Below are positions 1 through 11,950 of a stretch of DNA of 64,000 nt, piece by piece. A program made the position numbers and the translations under genes. Each line of letters begins with the position of its first letter. Positions within the stretch are counted from its first letter, which is position 1. A model generated the notes under the pieces. That model made no database searches. It was not told the origin of the DNA and was given only the letters and a program-made list of their open reading frames with translations. The stretch spans positions 18,228,001-18,292,000 of the forward strand of contig CM120645.1 in the NCBI GenBank assembly GCA_051362555.1. The letters are read 5' to 3'. The stretch comes from Lingula anatina. Its lineage: Eukaryota; Animalia; Brachiopoda.

Positions 1-212
1 ATGTTTATAATTTTGTTTGTACCATCCCACAGGAATGATCTGATTTTTAGAAATTATGACATTGAAAATACTGAATACAATATTTGTAAAAATCACAACT
101 TTTTCATATAGAAAAGATCAAGTAAATGTAATTACTATATAATGGGAAGATGAAGATCATCTGTAAAACTCATCTTTTAAAATTTATAATTATTGTGCAT
201 TAAATGAAACAG

Positions 213-1272
213 AACCTTCAATGATTAGGGCATGATAGTGGGTACATCACAATTTGTGGTGCCCCGACTTGCATGTTTTCTAACATTTTCAGGCCTTGAT
301 TCAAATTGGGTTTTTAATTGAATGATGGGTGTGCAACTTTGCCCAAAGTTCAATTCCAGATAAACTTTGTTTATCAAAACTGTCATGAATTAAGTATAAA
401 TAGTGCAGTTTAAGGTAAAGATTGATTGTAAATGGTGCTGTTTAAGTTTACTTATTACAAATATTGCAATTTATTATTATTAATTTCAGTGTGTATGTGT
501 GTGAGCATGCAATAAATGTAGTTAGAAATTTTTTTAGAGATATTCTATTGAAAACTCTATTAATTTCTTCTAGGCTTGAATAGAAATAATTTTTTCCTTT
601 GGCATGTACACTTTAGAATAACTGTACAGTACATGTATTAGTGTATAACTTGCCTGGGCAATTACCTAAAAATCCCTGAAAAATACTTGAATTAGAGCCT
701 TAAAGGTCCTTGAAAGCCAATTGTTCTTATGTGTCTGTATGAATCCTTGCCAGTGAATTCTGTGATAGAGTTGTTGGAATGACTAAATAATATATATTGT
801 AGTATTCAGTGGTACAGTACAGTTGTATGGGATTTTGAACCCTTTAAAACTGAACTCATGGTCAAGTATACATGAAAGAACTACTAGTAATTTTGCTATA
901 AATAACTGCACACAGACACTCCATTGTAAAAGTTAAAGATATTAGCTTTTGCCTAACTTAGAGAATATGGGGAGATTATCATATTATATTATAATACACA
1001 ACTACTAATATATATAATGTATATGAACACAGTGATGTGGGAAGAGGTATAGTCACGCACCTAAAAATGTTATGCATATAATGCATATGCATATCAATTC
1101 CAGCATTATATTTCAAGTTAAATTTTTAATATTTTAATTTGTAGATGCAGCACAGTCCTTTGTGACTGTTAAAAAAAAGATGTTGAAGATACACCTAACT
1201 AATCATGCTTTGCCAAAGATCATGCAGGTGCAGGACAGGAAAGAGAGAGAAAAATGAAGATTACATTCATAT
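213..1272 (+). pseudogene. Degenerate two-exon remnant resembling the C-terminus of a DUF4806-type accessory gene of animal EnSpm/CACTA elements
   Basis: Segment ~313-393 reads FN*MMG..KFNSR*TLFIKTVM. After the acceptor ttttgtag (exon from 1145) it reads DAAQSFVTVK/KDVEDTPN*SCFAKDHAGAGQERERK with a frameshift. This resembles the recalled FNWxG..F..T.L / V..I..WL..A.DR.GGR pattern. It lies just inside an EnSpm-like end. Similarity judged by eye. Confidence 0.35.
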
Positions 1273-2019
1273 GACCACTGATTTTATTTAAGTAGACAAT
1301 GTCTGAGATTTTGCCTGAAGGAAGAGACTTTATGTGATTTTATAGACTTACTAGTAACTTATCTACTTAATGACAGTTCTTTTGAATTTTAAACATCTTA
1401 CCTGATATTAATCAAGGGTTTCTGGATTTAAATTTAATTTGATAAAGTTTTTTTTTTAAAATTGAAATAATTGTGATTCTTGGATTGGGTGAAAAAACTG
1501 CCTTGACTCCAGGAATAAGGTGGAAAGTTCTTTCACAGGACTGGTAATAATTTTCTTGACATGAATCATTTAACAATTGTTTAAATTTAATATTATAATA
1601 TCTTTATAAAAAGTTTCTTTGAGATGTATTTTTGTATTATTTTTCCATTCACATCACATTATTTAGTTGGTTGAAGGTATTTGTTCAGTGTAATGTTATG
1701 AATTAATTAAACAGTTTAAAGTATATCACTAATCTTTTTGTTTCAACCACAACACAGGCAGACCAAGTCCTTTGAAGAATTCATCCATTAATCAGCTTGC
1801 TAATTTTTCAGTTATACCTTGCAGTCTGCAGATTTCAGATGCTTAAGATATTTCATCAGGACATTGATCTGCCTGTGCATCAGACATGTTATTACAGTGC
1901 CCTACTACGTATGTGATTCTGGATAAAATTATTTTGCCTTTGGTTCAATGATGTAAATCACTGTGCTTCTGGTTTTAGGTTGGGTCATTAATCATTGTGC
2001 AAATTGCAGATACCTCGGT

Positions 2020-2376
2020 GACCCGTTGGCCTACCGTTGGCCCAATGTTAATGCAATGTTGGTTTGAGGTTGGGTAATCGTTGGACCGATGTTGGTTATT
2101 AGTAGAACCAACATAAATACACTGTTGGTTACAGGTTGGGTAATTGTTGGGCCCATGTTGAATATTAGTTGGCCCAATGTAGGGCCAACGTAGTTTGGTT
2201 GGGAATATGTTGGCAATGCGTTAGCATTGAAATTGACTAACGTTGGGCCAACGTTGGCCAAATACGTTCAGCCAATCATTGGCCAAAGTGAGCACTTAGA
2301 TGGAAACCCAACATTGGGCCAACATGTGCATGGGCAACCAATGCAACGTTGGCCCAACGTTTGCATGCTATCTGGG
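2020..2376. mobile_element. Right terminus of an EnSpm/CACTA-like DNA transposon with subterminal repeats
   Basis: Dense direct and inverted GTTGGGCC/CCCAAC/CCAACGTTGG motifs ending in ...GCATGCTATCTGGG (2376), i.e. a CCCAGATAGCA terminus typical of animal EnSpm-type elements. The partner end is not in the window. Confidence 0.55.
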
Positions 2377-2760
2377 AAGGATGTATAGGACCAGGATTAA
2401 TCCTTTTGCCATGCCTTAACCTGCAATTATCATATAACAAAAGCACCCATCATTGCCAAATGCTGTGTGGCAATGACAACTATCACAACCTCTGCAATAC
2501 TTCTAAGAGATGAAAAAATATGTTCTTGAGCTGTGCTCTTGCTAATATTAATATTTATTAGTTATCAGTATATAGAAATGCAGTTTGTGTAATCATTTTA
2601 GGCTTTAACCACATGAAGTTAGTTAAAGTGTAAGAGGTATATGCAACTAAACAATGTATTGTTTTATTTGTAATGTGCAAGTTTTTATATATATGTTGTT
2701 TACAGACAAAATCTACTTATCAAAAATAAAACAAGTTTATTCAAATGCAAATATGGATTG

Positions 2761-3338
2761 TCAGGGTGCAAGTCACATCTTGGTCCTTGTAGCTGTTGAC
2801 TCTCAGGGTGCAAGTCTTGGTCCTTGTAGCTGTTGTCTCTCAGGGTGCAAGTCTTGGTCCTTGTAGCTGTTGACTCTCAGGGTGCACGTTTTGGTCCTGT
2901 AGCTGTTGTCTCTCAGGGTGCAAGTCTTGGTCTTTGTAGCTGTTGACTCTCAGGGTGCAAGTCTTGGTTCTTGTAGCTGTTGTCTCTCAGGGTGCAAGTT
3001 TTGGTCCTTGTAGCTGTTGACTCTCAGGGTGCAAGTCTTGGTCCTTGTAGCTGTTCATTTTCAGGGTGCAAGTCTTGGTCCTTGTAGCTGTTCATTTTTA
3101 GGGTGCAAGTCTTGGTCCTTGTAGCTGTTGTCTCTCAGGGTGCAAGTCTTGGTCCTTGTAGCTGTTGACTCTCAGGGTGCAAGTCTTGGTCCTTGTAGCT
3201 GTTGTCTCTCAGGGTGCAAGTTTTGGTCCTTGTAGCTGTTCATTTTCAGGGTGCAAGTCTTGGTCCTTGTAGCTGTTGACTCTCAGGGTGCAAGTCTTGG
3301 TTCTTGTAGCTGTTGATTTTCAGGGTGAAAGTCCTTGT
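2761..3338. repeat. 37-bp minisatellite, about 15 copies
   Basis: Unit TCAGGGTGCAAGTCTTGGTCCTTGTAGCTGTTGACTC; copies start at 2803, 2840 and so on. Confidence 0.95.
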
Positions 3339-3986
3339 AATATATCTCGCCTCTCACATGCCTCCCCATGCATCTGGTTGAATGGAGCCCAGATTAAATT
3401 ATGATTTTATACACATATTCAATATGCACATGCATGCACACACACTAACATGCACACGTACATACGAACAGTGTTGCTCAAGCAACCTGGTCTTATAATA
3501 CTAAATCTGGTCTTCATGAAAATAATTAATTTTTTAATGAATAGACTTTGAATGAGTTTTCAATTCTGTATTTTTGCCCAAATCCTATTTGTACACAGAT
3601 AGTTTCTATTCCATATTTTTGTCTTCAGGCGACATAAAAGACAGAAAGAGTATGTCAGATGCTGAGAGCATTAAAGATCGAAAGAGGTAAGATGGTATAC
3701 ACCAATTTAACAGGCATTCATTAAACACACTCTTAAAATTTACCCACACAATAAGCGGACTCTCTTGCACAATTACTAAGTTAATTCACTGTTATCTGTT
3801 TTTATTGCATGTATATCTTTCAATATGTGATATCCTTATTGTGGACAAGTATGTTTTTTTTTTTCTTCAGTTGATGTTAAAGACACAACAGCTGTGACAA
3901 CAGACATATGAAGGAGAGAGGTTAAGACAGCAGGGGCAATAGAATAGGGATCTATTTATTACACTGATGGAATGTGACTGTGAATG

Positions 3987-3995
3987 CACACACAC

Positions 3996-4033
<38 letters not shown>
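3987..4033. repeat. (CA)n microsatellite
   Basis: Direct reading. Confidence 0.95.
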
Positions 4034-4037
<4 letters not shown>

Positions 4038-4156
4038 ATACACATTCCTTATGTTGTGTCAACACAGTTTGTGCTTTTTGCAAGTTTAAAATGATACTTG
4101 GCTAATTTGTTAACTCTAAACAATGGTTAATATTTTGATGCAGTTTCATACATGAA

Positions 4157-4388
4157 ACTAGAAAAGCACTGAGAGTGCAGATCTCCGCCAAGGCAGCGAT
4201 TTTTTATTATTATTGATTATTGATTGATTATTGATCCGGATCGCCACCAAAAACTAATCATCTCTTCCTTGGCCCACTTCTGACAGTTCCTGAAAATCTC
4301 ATCAAAATCGGTCCATAACATTTTGAGTTATGTTGATGACAAACAAACAAACATACAGACAAACAGGGGTGAAAACATAACCTCCCTG
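4157..4388 (-). mobile_element. Short non-autonomous Helentron (HINE/DINE-1-like), family B
   Basis: ACTAG at 4157 (3' CTAGT end on the minus strand), GCACT-gag-AGTGC hairpin, CTCCGCCAAGG subterminal motif, (CAAA/CAGA)n microsatellite near the other end, AACATAACCTCC end motif. Confidence 0.7.
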
Positions 4389-5165
4389 ACTGCTTATTGA
4401 AGATTATTTATTATTGCATATTAGTAAGTTATACTGTGTCATATATTTCAGCTCCCAAGGACTGCTGCCAATCAAGGTGGAGGAGGATGTTTAATCTTTT
4501 CACATCTTGATTCAGAAGCAGGCCAAGAACATATAGGTTATAATTATTATCATTCATTATTAAATCTAATCATTTCGGACATTTAGAAATGAAAAAAATT
4601 ACAGTATTTATAAAAAAAACGGATTCATTATGCAGTCACAAGAAAGTTCTTTTCTTGTTTCCTTGCTTTAATGACATCATAATAAAGTTAACTTAAAGAG
4701 TTTTAGAGGAAAACTTAGTCAAACAGCTGGTAAAACTGTACATGAAAGCAGTAATTATATGATAGCAGCCAGGAGCTGGTGGTTGTAGAGTTACTGTCAA
4801 CATCTTTTTACACTACATTTAACTGAATACACATTTTAACTGAATTATATTTTAATATTTTCATCTTTCATTTTTCAGGGTTGTCAGTGCACATCTATTA
4901 TTAGCTCTGTGGCAGCCAGTTTGAACACTTCAGAATATCATTTTCTTAAACTAGAGGATCAGAGAGGCGATACCGCCTCCGAATATTGTACCACCAGCTG
5001 GAGCAAGCGCATTCGTATAGACCCCCACATACACAAAATAAGGGGTGCAGCCACCAGTCTTGTGCTTGACAAGCTGTAAAAATGCAATCAACAAGAATTT
5101 TCAAAATATGCAAAAAATATATATAACTAAAAATGGTGCAATCAAAGTTAAGTTCATTGTAAGGT

Positions 5166-6589
5166 AGGTCAAAGGTCAATTTCAAGGTCACAGTAAATTG
5201 CCAGTATATGACTTCCTATCCAACTTCAATAGTAACTATGGACCTATCTCTGCCAGTTTTGGAGATAAAAGGGAAGCAAAATTTGCAAAGTTCAGTTCAT
5301 GGTGAAAAGTAGGTCAAAGGTCAATTTCAAGGTCACAGTAAGATTGCCAGTATATGACTTCCTATTCAACTTCAATAGTAACTATGGACCTATCTCTGCC
5401 AGTTTTGGAGATAAAAGGGAAGCAAAATTTGCAAAGTTCAGTTCATGGTGAAAAGTAGGTCAAAGGTCAATTTCAAGGTCACATTTAGATTGCCAGTATA
5501 TGACTTCCTATTCAACTTCAATAGTAACTATGGACCTATCTCTGCCAGTTTTGGAGATAAAAGGGAAGCAAAATTTGCAAAGTTCAGTTCATGGTGAAAA
5601 GAAGGTCAAAGGTCAATTTCAAGGTCACAGTAAAATTGCCAGTATATGACTTCCTATGCAAGTTCAATAGTAACTATGGACCTATCTCTGCCAGTTTTGG
5701 AGATAAAAGGGAAGCAAATTTTGCAAAGTTCAGTTCAAGGTGAAAAGTAGGTCAAAGGTCAATTTCAAGGTCACAGTAAAATTGCCATTATATGACTTCC
5801 TATTCAAGTTCAATAGTAACTATGGACCTATCTCTGCCAGTTTTGGAGATAAAAGGGAAGCAAAATTTGCAAAGTTCAGTTCATGGTGATAAGTAGGTCA
5901 AAGGTCAATTTCAAGGTCACAGTAAGATTGCCAGTATATGACTTCCTATTCAACTTCAATAGTAACTATGGACCTATCTCTGCCAGTTTTGGAGATAAAA
6001 GGGAAGCAAAATTTGCAAAGTTCAGTTCATGGTGAAAAGTAGGTCAAAGGTCAATTTCAAGGTCACATTTAGATTGCCAGTATATGACTTCCTATTCAAC
6101 TTCAATAGTAACTATGGACCTATCTCTGCCAGTTTTGGAGATAAAAGGGAAGCAAAATTTGCAAAGTTCAGTTCATGGTGAAAAGAAGGTCAAAGGTCAA
6201 TTTCAAGGTCACAGTAAAATTGCCAGTATATGACTTCCTATGCAAGTTCAATAGTAACTATGGACCTATCTCTGCCAGTTTTGGAGATAAAAGGGAAGCA
6301 AATTTTGCAAAGTTCAGTTCAAGGTGAAAAGTAGGTCAAAGGTCAATTTCAAGGTCACAGTAAAATTGCCAGTATATGACTTCCTATTCAAGTTCAATAG
6401 TAACTATGGACCTATCTCTGCCAGTTTTGGAGATAAAAGGGAAGCAAAATTTGCAAAGTTCAGTTCATGGTGAAAAGTAGGTCAAAGGTCAATGTCAAGG
6501 TCACAGTAAGATTGCCAGTATATGACTTCCTATTCAACTTCAATAGTAACTATGGACCTATCTCTGCCAGTTTTGGAGATATAAGGGAC
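5166..6589. repeat. 146-bp tandem array (~10 units) inside HINE-A, with a 4-unit (584-bp) higher-order pattern
   Basis: AGGTCAAAGGTCAATTTCAAGGTCA recurs at 5166, 5311, 5457, 5603 and onward to ~6479. Diagnostic variants recur every fourth unit. Confidence 0.95.
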
Positions 6590-6831
6590 TAAATGTTATA
6601 ATTTTGGAGTTACCATAATGTGCCATAAATTGCCTACAGAAAAAATTAATTAAAATAAAGAAAAGGTCATTTTGGTCAAAGTTCTTGAAATGGGAGGTTC
6701 TCTGAAGTTGCAGAAGTTTAAATTTGATAAAATAATGTCATTTTTGACCACAAGTTGTCTGCTTTGCCAAGCATTATGTTTTATTTTTCCGGAGTTCAAA
6801 ATTTATTATCCATTACCGTACTGCACATTTT

Positions 6832-7123
6832 TACAGAAGCCGACTGGTGCCATATGTTGAAAAAAAAAATTATCTCGAAATTTCGAGATAGCATTTTTTT
6901 TGTTCAAATTTCAAAATACTATCTCGAAATTTCGAGATAAATTTTTTTGCTCAAATATCAAAATGCTATCTCGAAATTTCGAGATAATTTTTTTTTTGTT
7001 CAAATTTCAAAATGCTATCTCGAAATTTCGAGATAAAAATTTTTTTTGTTCAAATTTCAAAATAGTATCTCGAAATTTCGAGATAATTTTTTTTTCTACA
7101 TATGGCACCAGTCGGCTTCCGTA
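6832..7123. mobile_element. IS3EU-type MITE inserted in HINE-A copy 1
   Basis: 26-bp TIRs TAC(A/G)GAAGCCGACTGGTGCCATATGT. 6-bp TSD CATTTT at 6826-6831 and 7124-7129. The empty site (gcacattttgct) is present in the other HINE-A copies. TAY..RTA ends with a 6-bp TSD match my recollection of IS3EU. Confidence 0.8.
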
Positions 7124-7857
7124 CATTTTCCTTTCACCACCAATATGTACTTTCTGATACAGCGTAACTCGAAAACCGTATGGAATACAAAAAAAACCGA
7201 GACCACCTCCAGTGTTGGGCTTTACATGCTCTACAAAATGCAAAAAAGAATGGGTCTCTAGCATTAACGGTTCCCGAATTAGAGACAGTTTTCAGTTTCG
7301 GTATCTTATGGCCGCTACTCCTGTGAAAATGCACCGATTGACCCCAAATTCACGGAGATGAAAGATGACCTGAAGGGTAACACTTTCCAATAATATTATT
7401 GGTTAAGTCTGTGTGGCGTCTGAATAACAGGGCAAAAAAATTTTTTTTCGTAAAAAATTTCATTTTTTTGAAAATTTTGACCCATTTGACCTTGAAGTAA
7501 AGGTCAAAGGTCAAATCCGAGGGTATATTTGAAATCTACACATATGACTTTTGGAAAGCCGTCTATAGAAATTTTTCCCGTAACTCCTTCTGTAGGGTAG
7601 ATAATTAGCATTTAATTTTGCCATTTTTAGACAAGGGTGCATTGCAATGAGTGCCACACCCAGACCCCAATACCGACAAAGCCCAAATTTTACGTGGAAC
7701 GAGTTGAGATTATAGGTGACCTAAATCCATGAGATGGGTACGGGGGCCCTTACCGTCTAGGAGGAGAAGCGGTAACGGTAACATGGCGGCGGAGCCGGCG
7801 GAACGGACCGGACGGGACCGAAACCATGTGTACCGCCAGCGCTAACGCTGGTGGTAA

Positions 7858-8721
7858 ATTTTTTTTGTTCAAATTTCAAAATAGTATCTCGAAATTTCGA
7901 GATAATTTTTTTTTCTACATATGGCACCAGTGGGCTTCCGTACATTTTCCTTTCACCACCAATATGTACTTTTTGATACAGCGTAACTCGAAAACCGTAT
8001 GGAATACAAAAAAACCGAGACCACCTCCAGTGTTGGGCTTTACATGCTCTACAAAATGCAAAAAAGAATGGGTCTCTAGCATTAACGGTTCCCGAATTAG
8101 AGACAGTTTTCAGTTTCGGTATCTTATGGCCGCTACTCCTGTGAAAATGCACCGATTGACCCCAAATTCACGGAGATGAAAGATGACCTGAAGGGTAACA
8201 CTTTCCAATAATATTATTGGTTAAGTCTGTGTGGTGTCTGAATAACAGGGCAAAAAATTTTTTTTTCGTAAAAAATTTCATTTTTTTGAAAATTTTGGCC
8301 CATTTGACCTTGAAGTAAAGGTCAAAGGTCAAATCCGAGGGTATATTTGAAATCTACACATATGACTTTTGGAAAGCCGTCTGTAGAAAATTTTCCCGTA
8401 ACTCCTTCCGTAGGGTAGATAATTAGCATTTAATTTTGCCATTTTTGGACAAGGGTGCATTGCAATGAGTGCCACACCCAGACCCCAATACCGACAAAGC
8501 CCAAATTTTACGTGGAACGAGTTGAGATTATAGGTGACCTAAATCCATGAGATGGGTATGGGGGGCCTTACCGTCTAGGAGGAGAAGCGGTAACGGTAGC
8601 CGTCCGGCGGAGCCGGCGGAGCCGGCGGAGCCGGCGGAACCGGCGGAGCCGGCGGAGCCGGCGGAACGATCCGGACGAGACCGAAACCATGTGTACCGCC
8701 AGCGCTAACGCTGGTGGTACA
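7858..8721 (-). repeat. Tandem duplicate of the HINE-A 5' arm (homologous to ~7041-7857), including the right part of the MITE
   Basis: Near-identical sequence. The junction follows the subTIR at ~7857 and resumes in the MITE's T-run. Confidence 0.9.
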
Positions 8722-10270
8722 AATACCTTTATTTTACTGGTACAATAAACTATTGATTAAATGTCATTAAATGAGTTTTGTCTTTCTTTCTTTTCTAAAT
8801 AAAAGAGAAAAATTTGCTAACAAGTGATTTGAATATTTATAAGTAGCCATCAATGTTGAAGGGTGGGATGCTTAAGGGGGGGTTGTCGTTATCCGATAAA
8901 GTGGATTTTCTTTATTCGTTTAGTCTTAGACCTAAATTTGAATATCTTATTATGTCCATGGTTTAGTTGATCCAACTTCGGATACGTCACAGTAATGGTA
9001 CCATGATAGGTTTTGGACCCTTTCCAGCAAAAGGGCAATTTTTTCAAACCAACATCCTCGAATATGGGCCTAAACAAATAATTTGGCCTGTACACCATAA
9101 ATGGATTTTGATTATAGTTCAAAAACTTTGACTTTCATCCAAACTTTTTTTTTTCATTTATAACTATATCCATGTGTGACTTTCAAATAATGTTTTTATT
9201 TTTATGAACTGTCCCTTAAAGTAGAAAATTTCCTTCATGGGGTTTTAATTTAGAACCTCTACATCACTCAACTAAAAAAGAAATGACCACTTTATGTCAT
9301 TCTCTGCTTTTACTGAAACAAAAACAAACCCAACTCTTGGTTACCGTCATGGCAGGAAGTTTTATTACAAAAAGTGTGCCAGATGTTAACAGCGCTGAAT
9401 ACAGAGCCCTGACAGAAATGTCTGTACATTATTATTATTATTATGTACTCATGAAACATGCACATACACATACTAGCTAATACATACCTTAACTTGTAAA
9501 GATAATGCTGTAGTAAATTAGGGACCACAGTTGTAGATGTCCAAGTTTAAACACACTGGACAATTTGGAGAAGAATACATACATGCCAGGCCCATACAAT
9601 GTAAATTGGCTAGTACAAGTGTAATCGTTGAAAAATGTAACTAAATCGATGTCATGCTTGCTTTATACGTAACTTTATAAATAACTTTATAAAAGAAGAT
9701 TCAAAGAGAAAAAAATAATCAGAAAAACTAATAAATGCACATATCAATTCCATTTTCAACTGTAATCATTTTGAACACAAATCTGTCACTCAAAAGGCAA
9801 CACCTCACACTGTTGTCAGTAACAGGAAAACAATTCAGAGAAAAACCACCAGAGAAAAAAAAATGGGTGAAAAAAAACTAAGTACACCCAGGAGTCCCTC
9901 CTTCCACAAGGCAGAGATTTAAGATTGTACAACCGTTGACACAGTCCAATACACAAGTTGTGCAACAGTTAAAGAAAGAGAAATTATTTCCAAAGTCTTA
10001 TAATAAACACTGAATTTTTTTAAAAAATATCGCTGTAATTGGGACAGTATTGTTTCATATGAAATTTACTAACAGCAGAGTAATAGACTGTAGAGACAGG
10101 AATACCTGGAAGAAAAGATGTCCCACACAAGCCCATCATTATATACCTTTCTAGCCATTTCATTTATTGTGTTGCAAGGAACCAGTCTGAAAAAGAAATG
10201 GTAATACCGATATAATGAAGGAAAATTTATTTTCAGATAATCTGAAAGCTGGAGGTGTTTGGTAAGGGGA

Positions 10271-11000
10271 CTGTCCTAGGGGGCAGGGTCACCCATCATG
10301 GTGTCAACCTTGCAATACACAATAATTTGGGTGTCCCTTCTCTGAGGACAGAGGTGCTGCTGCCCACAGCTTCCACCATAGAGTGAAAATTTGTAAAGCC
10401 ACAAACAGTATAATCTTTTTTTTATATCAAAATGAGAAAATGATGACATAAGATGAAAATAACTTGCTTTTAAACTGAAAAAGAAAATGAAAGTTTCACA
10501 TGTTTAGGTATTTTTATATCTTTATCAATTCCTCACAGAGTACACCTTCCAGCTCTCCAGCCAGATATTCTCCTGCACAAAAACTCCACCTCTGAGTGAA
10601 ACTTTAGTTAAAGACATGGAAACATGGTAGATTTTATTCCATCCTAAAAGATAGATGGGTAATCAAGGGTTACTTTACATTCCATATTTTATTTTGGACA
10701 GCCAAGTCCACAGTAAGAGTAATTCTCAAAGAAAACCTATTAAAAGCTAAACTAGTGGGCAGGGCGACTTCCCTCGGGGGATGGAACCCCAAGAGAGGTG
10801 TGAACCTGTCAAGGTTCACCAGTGTGGGTGTCCCATCTCTCAGGGCAGTATCTTTGTATTTTACTTTTTTATTTTGAATAGCCAAGGCCACTGTTAGAAT
10901 AATCTTGACAAATAACTTTTTTAAGGCTAAAGTGGTGGACAGGGGAACTGCCCTCAGGGGGAAGGGACACCCGGCATGGTGTCAATTTGCCAAGATACAT
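10271..11000. repeat. Three related GC-rich foldback (hairpin) elements
   Basis: 10271-10351 and 10767-10849 fold into ~80-nt imperfect hairpins (ACTGCCCTCAGGGGGAAGGGACACCC-like arm with GGGTGTCCCWTCTCT.AGGRCAG). A third copy from 10947 keeps only the left arm and loop. Confidence 0.7.
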
Positions 11001-11043
11001 CAACTTTTTAAAAGAAGATATTCACATGCTTTTGTTCAATTAA

Positions 11044-11950
11044 GGTCACACTTTTTTATTTTTATGGATGACATCCTCTGGGTACCCCAAAATCGGTGCG
11101 AGAGGGCGAAAAAAAAAACAGTCCAAAAAAAAAAATACTGCTTAAGTAAAGGAATGCTGGAAACACAAATTTTACCACAGAAACATGTATCAAACTAACA
11201 ATATGTCTTTATCCATGCTCTCAAAATATTAAAGCATTGTGAATACTTTGTAGAAATGTAAAAAAAAGTCATGAATAGATATACTTCTTATTACAAAATC
11301 TATTAAGGTTATTTCATGCATTTTGTTGGTATAGCAATCAATAAAACAAATATCAAACAGTGTGTCTTTATTTGTATTTTCAGAATATTAAAGCATTTTG
11401 AACACTTCACAGAAATGTTTAAAAAATAATGCAAAGATATGCTTAATACTACCAAATCTATTAAAGGTCATTTCGGACGATGCCATTTTGTCTACTTCGG
11501 CTCACACGGCCAAACTGTCAGGTGGCCTGTCCGACCTTCAGCCCACCAAATACCTCAACGCCCTTGTCGACCCTTTTTTCGCTACAGAAAACCTGGTAGC
11601 CTATGTGCTGCTTTGTACAGAATGCCTTTAGCACAATTGTAAAAAGGTGATACCTCCATGCCCAATATCAATGGCATACCAATCCAAAACGACGGCACCC
11701 GTTCTCTTGACTTTAATTGTCGTGTAGTTTGAAAGTAATCCTAGAGATAAATTTGACGGCAAAGCGGCCACATTTCCACGTGGCGATAATAGGCATGCAC
11801 AGAAAGCTCATTTCCTGGCAAATTCAATAACGACGTTTGCGACAACCGACTTCGTTGGGAACTGGGGGGGGGGGGGATTTTTTTTTCGGAGAACGGGCGA
11901 AAATCGGTGCGCGCGCAGGATGTCATCCATAAAAATAAAAAAGTGTGGCC
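11044..11950. mobile_element. Non-autonomous DNA transposon, PIF/Harbinger- or Zator-type
   Basis: 34-bp TIRs GG(T/C)CACACTTTTTTATTTTTATGGATGACATCCT with one mismatch; TAA TSD at 11041-11043 and 11951-11953. An internal minus-strand segment looks like decayed coding sequence (VKRTGAVVLDWYAIDIGHGGITFLQL). Confidence 0.85.

Larger units (their letters stand above)
3629..4900 (+). other. Chain of short exon-like segments with no continuous ORF (spliced ncRNA, UTR or decayed gene)
   Basis: Pyrimidine-tract CAG...GT bounded segments at 3629-3686 (donor GTAAGA), 3871-3920 and 4452-4536, plus an acceptor at 4878. Joined frames contain stops. Confidence 0.35.
4951..8721 (-). mobile_element. Non-autonomous Helentron (HINE) family A, copy 1, with central 146-bp array, nested MITE and duplicated 5' arm
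   Basis: Minus-strand 5' TGTACCACCAGC subTIR paired with an adjacent inverted copy (GCTGGCGGTACA), then (CCGCCGGCT/TCCG)n short repeats. 3' subTIR GCTGGTGGTACA, GAGGCG-N4-CGCCTC hairpin and CTAG end in a T-rich site; no TSD. Confidence 0.85.

Noticed and set aside
6860-7095. CRISPR-like array of palindromic repeats
   Set aside because: Spacers are near-identical, the context is eukaryotic with no cas genes, and the array is bounded by TIRs and a TSD.
6672-8179. Short ORFs within the HINE-A core (also at 35-38 kb and 44-46 kb)
   Set aside because: No Rep/helicase or other recognisable motif; they recur only because the element is repeated.
8876-9215. Kolobok-like MITE between two TTAA sites
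   Set aside because: The ends share only GGG, there is no convincing TIR and no empty site for comparison.
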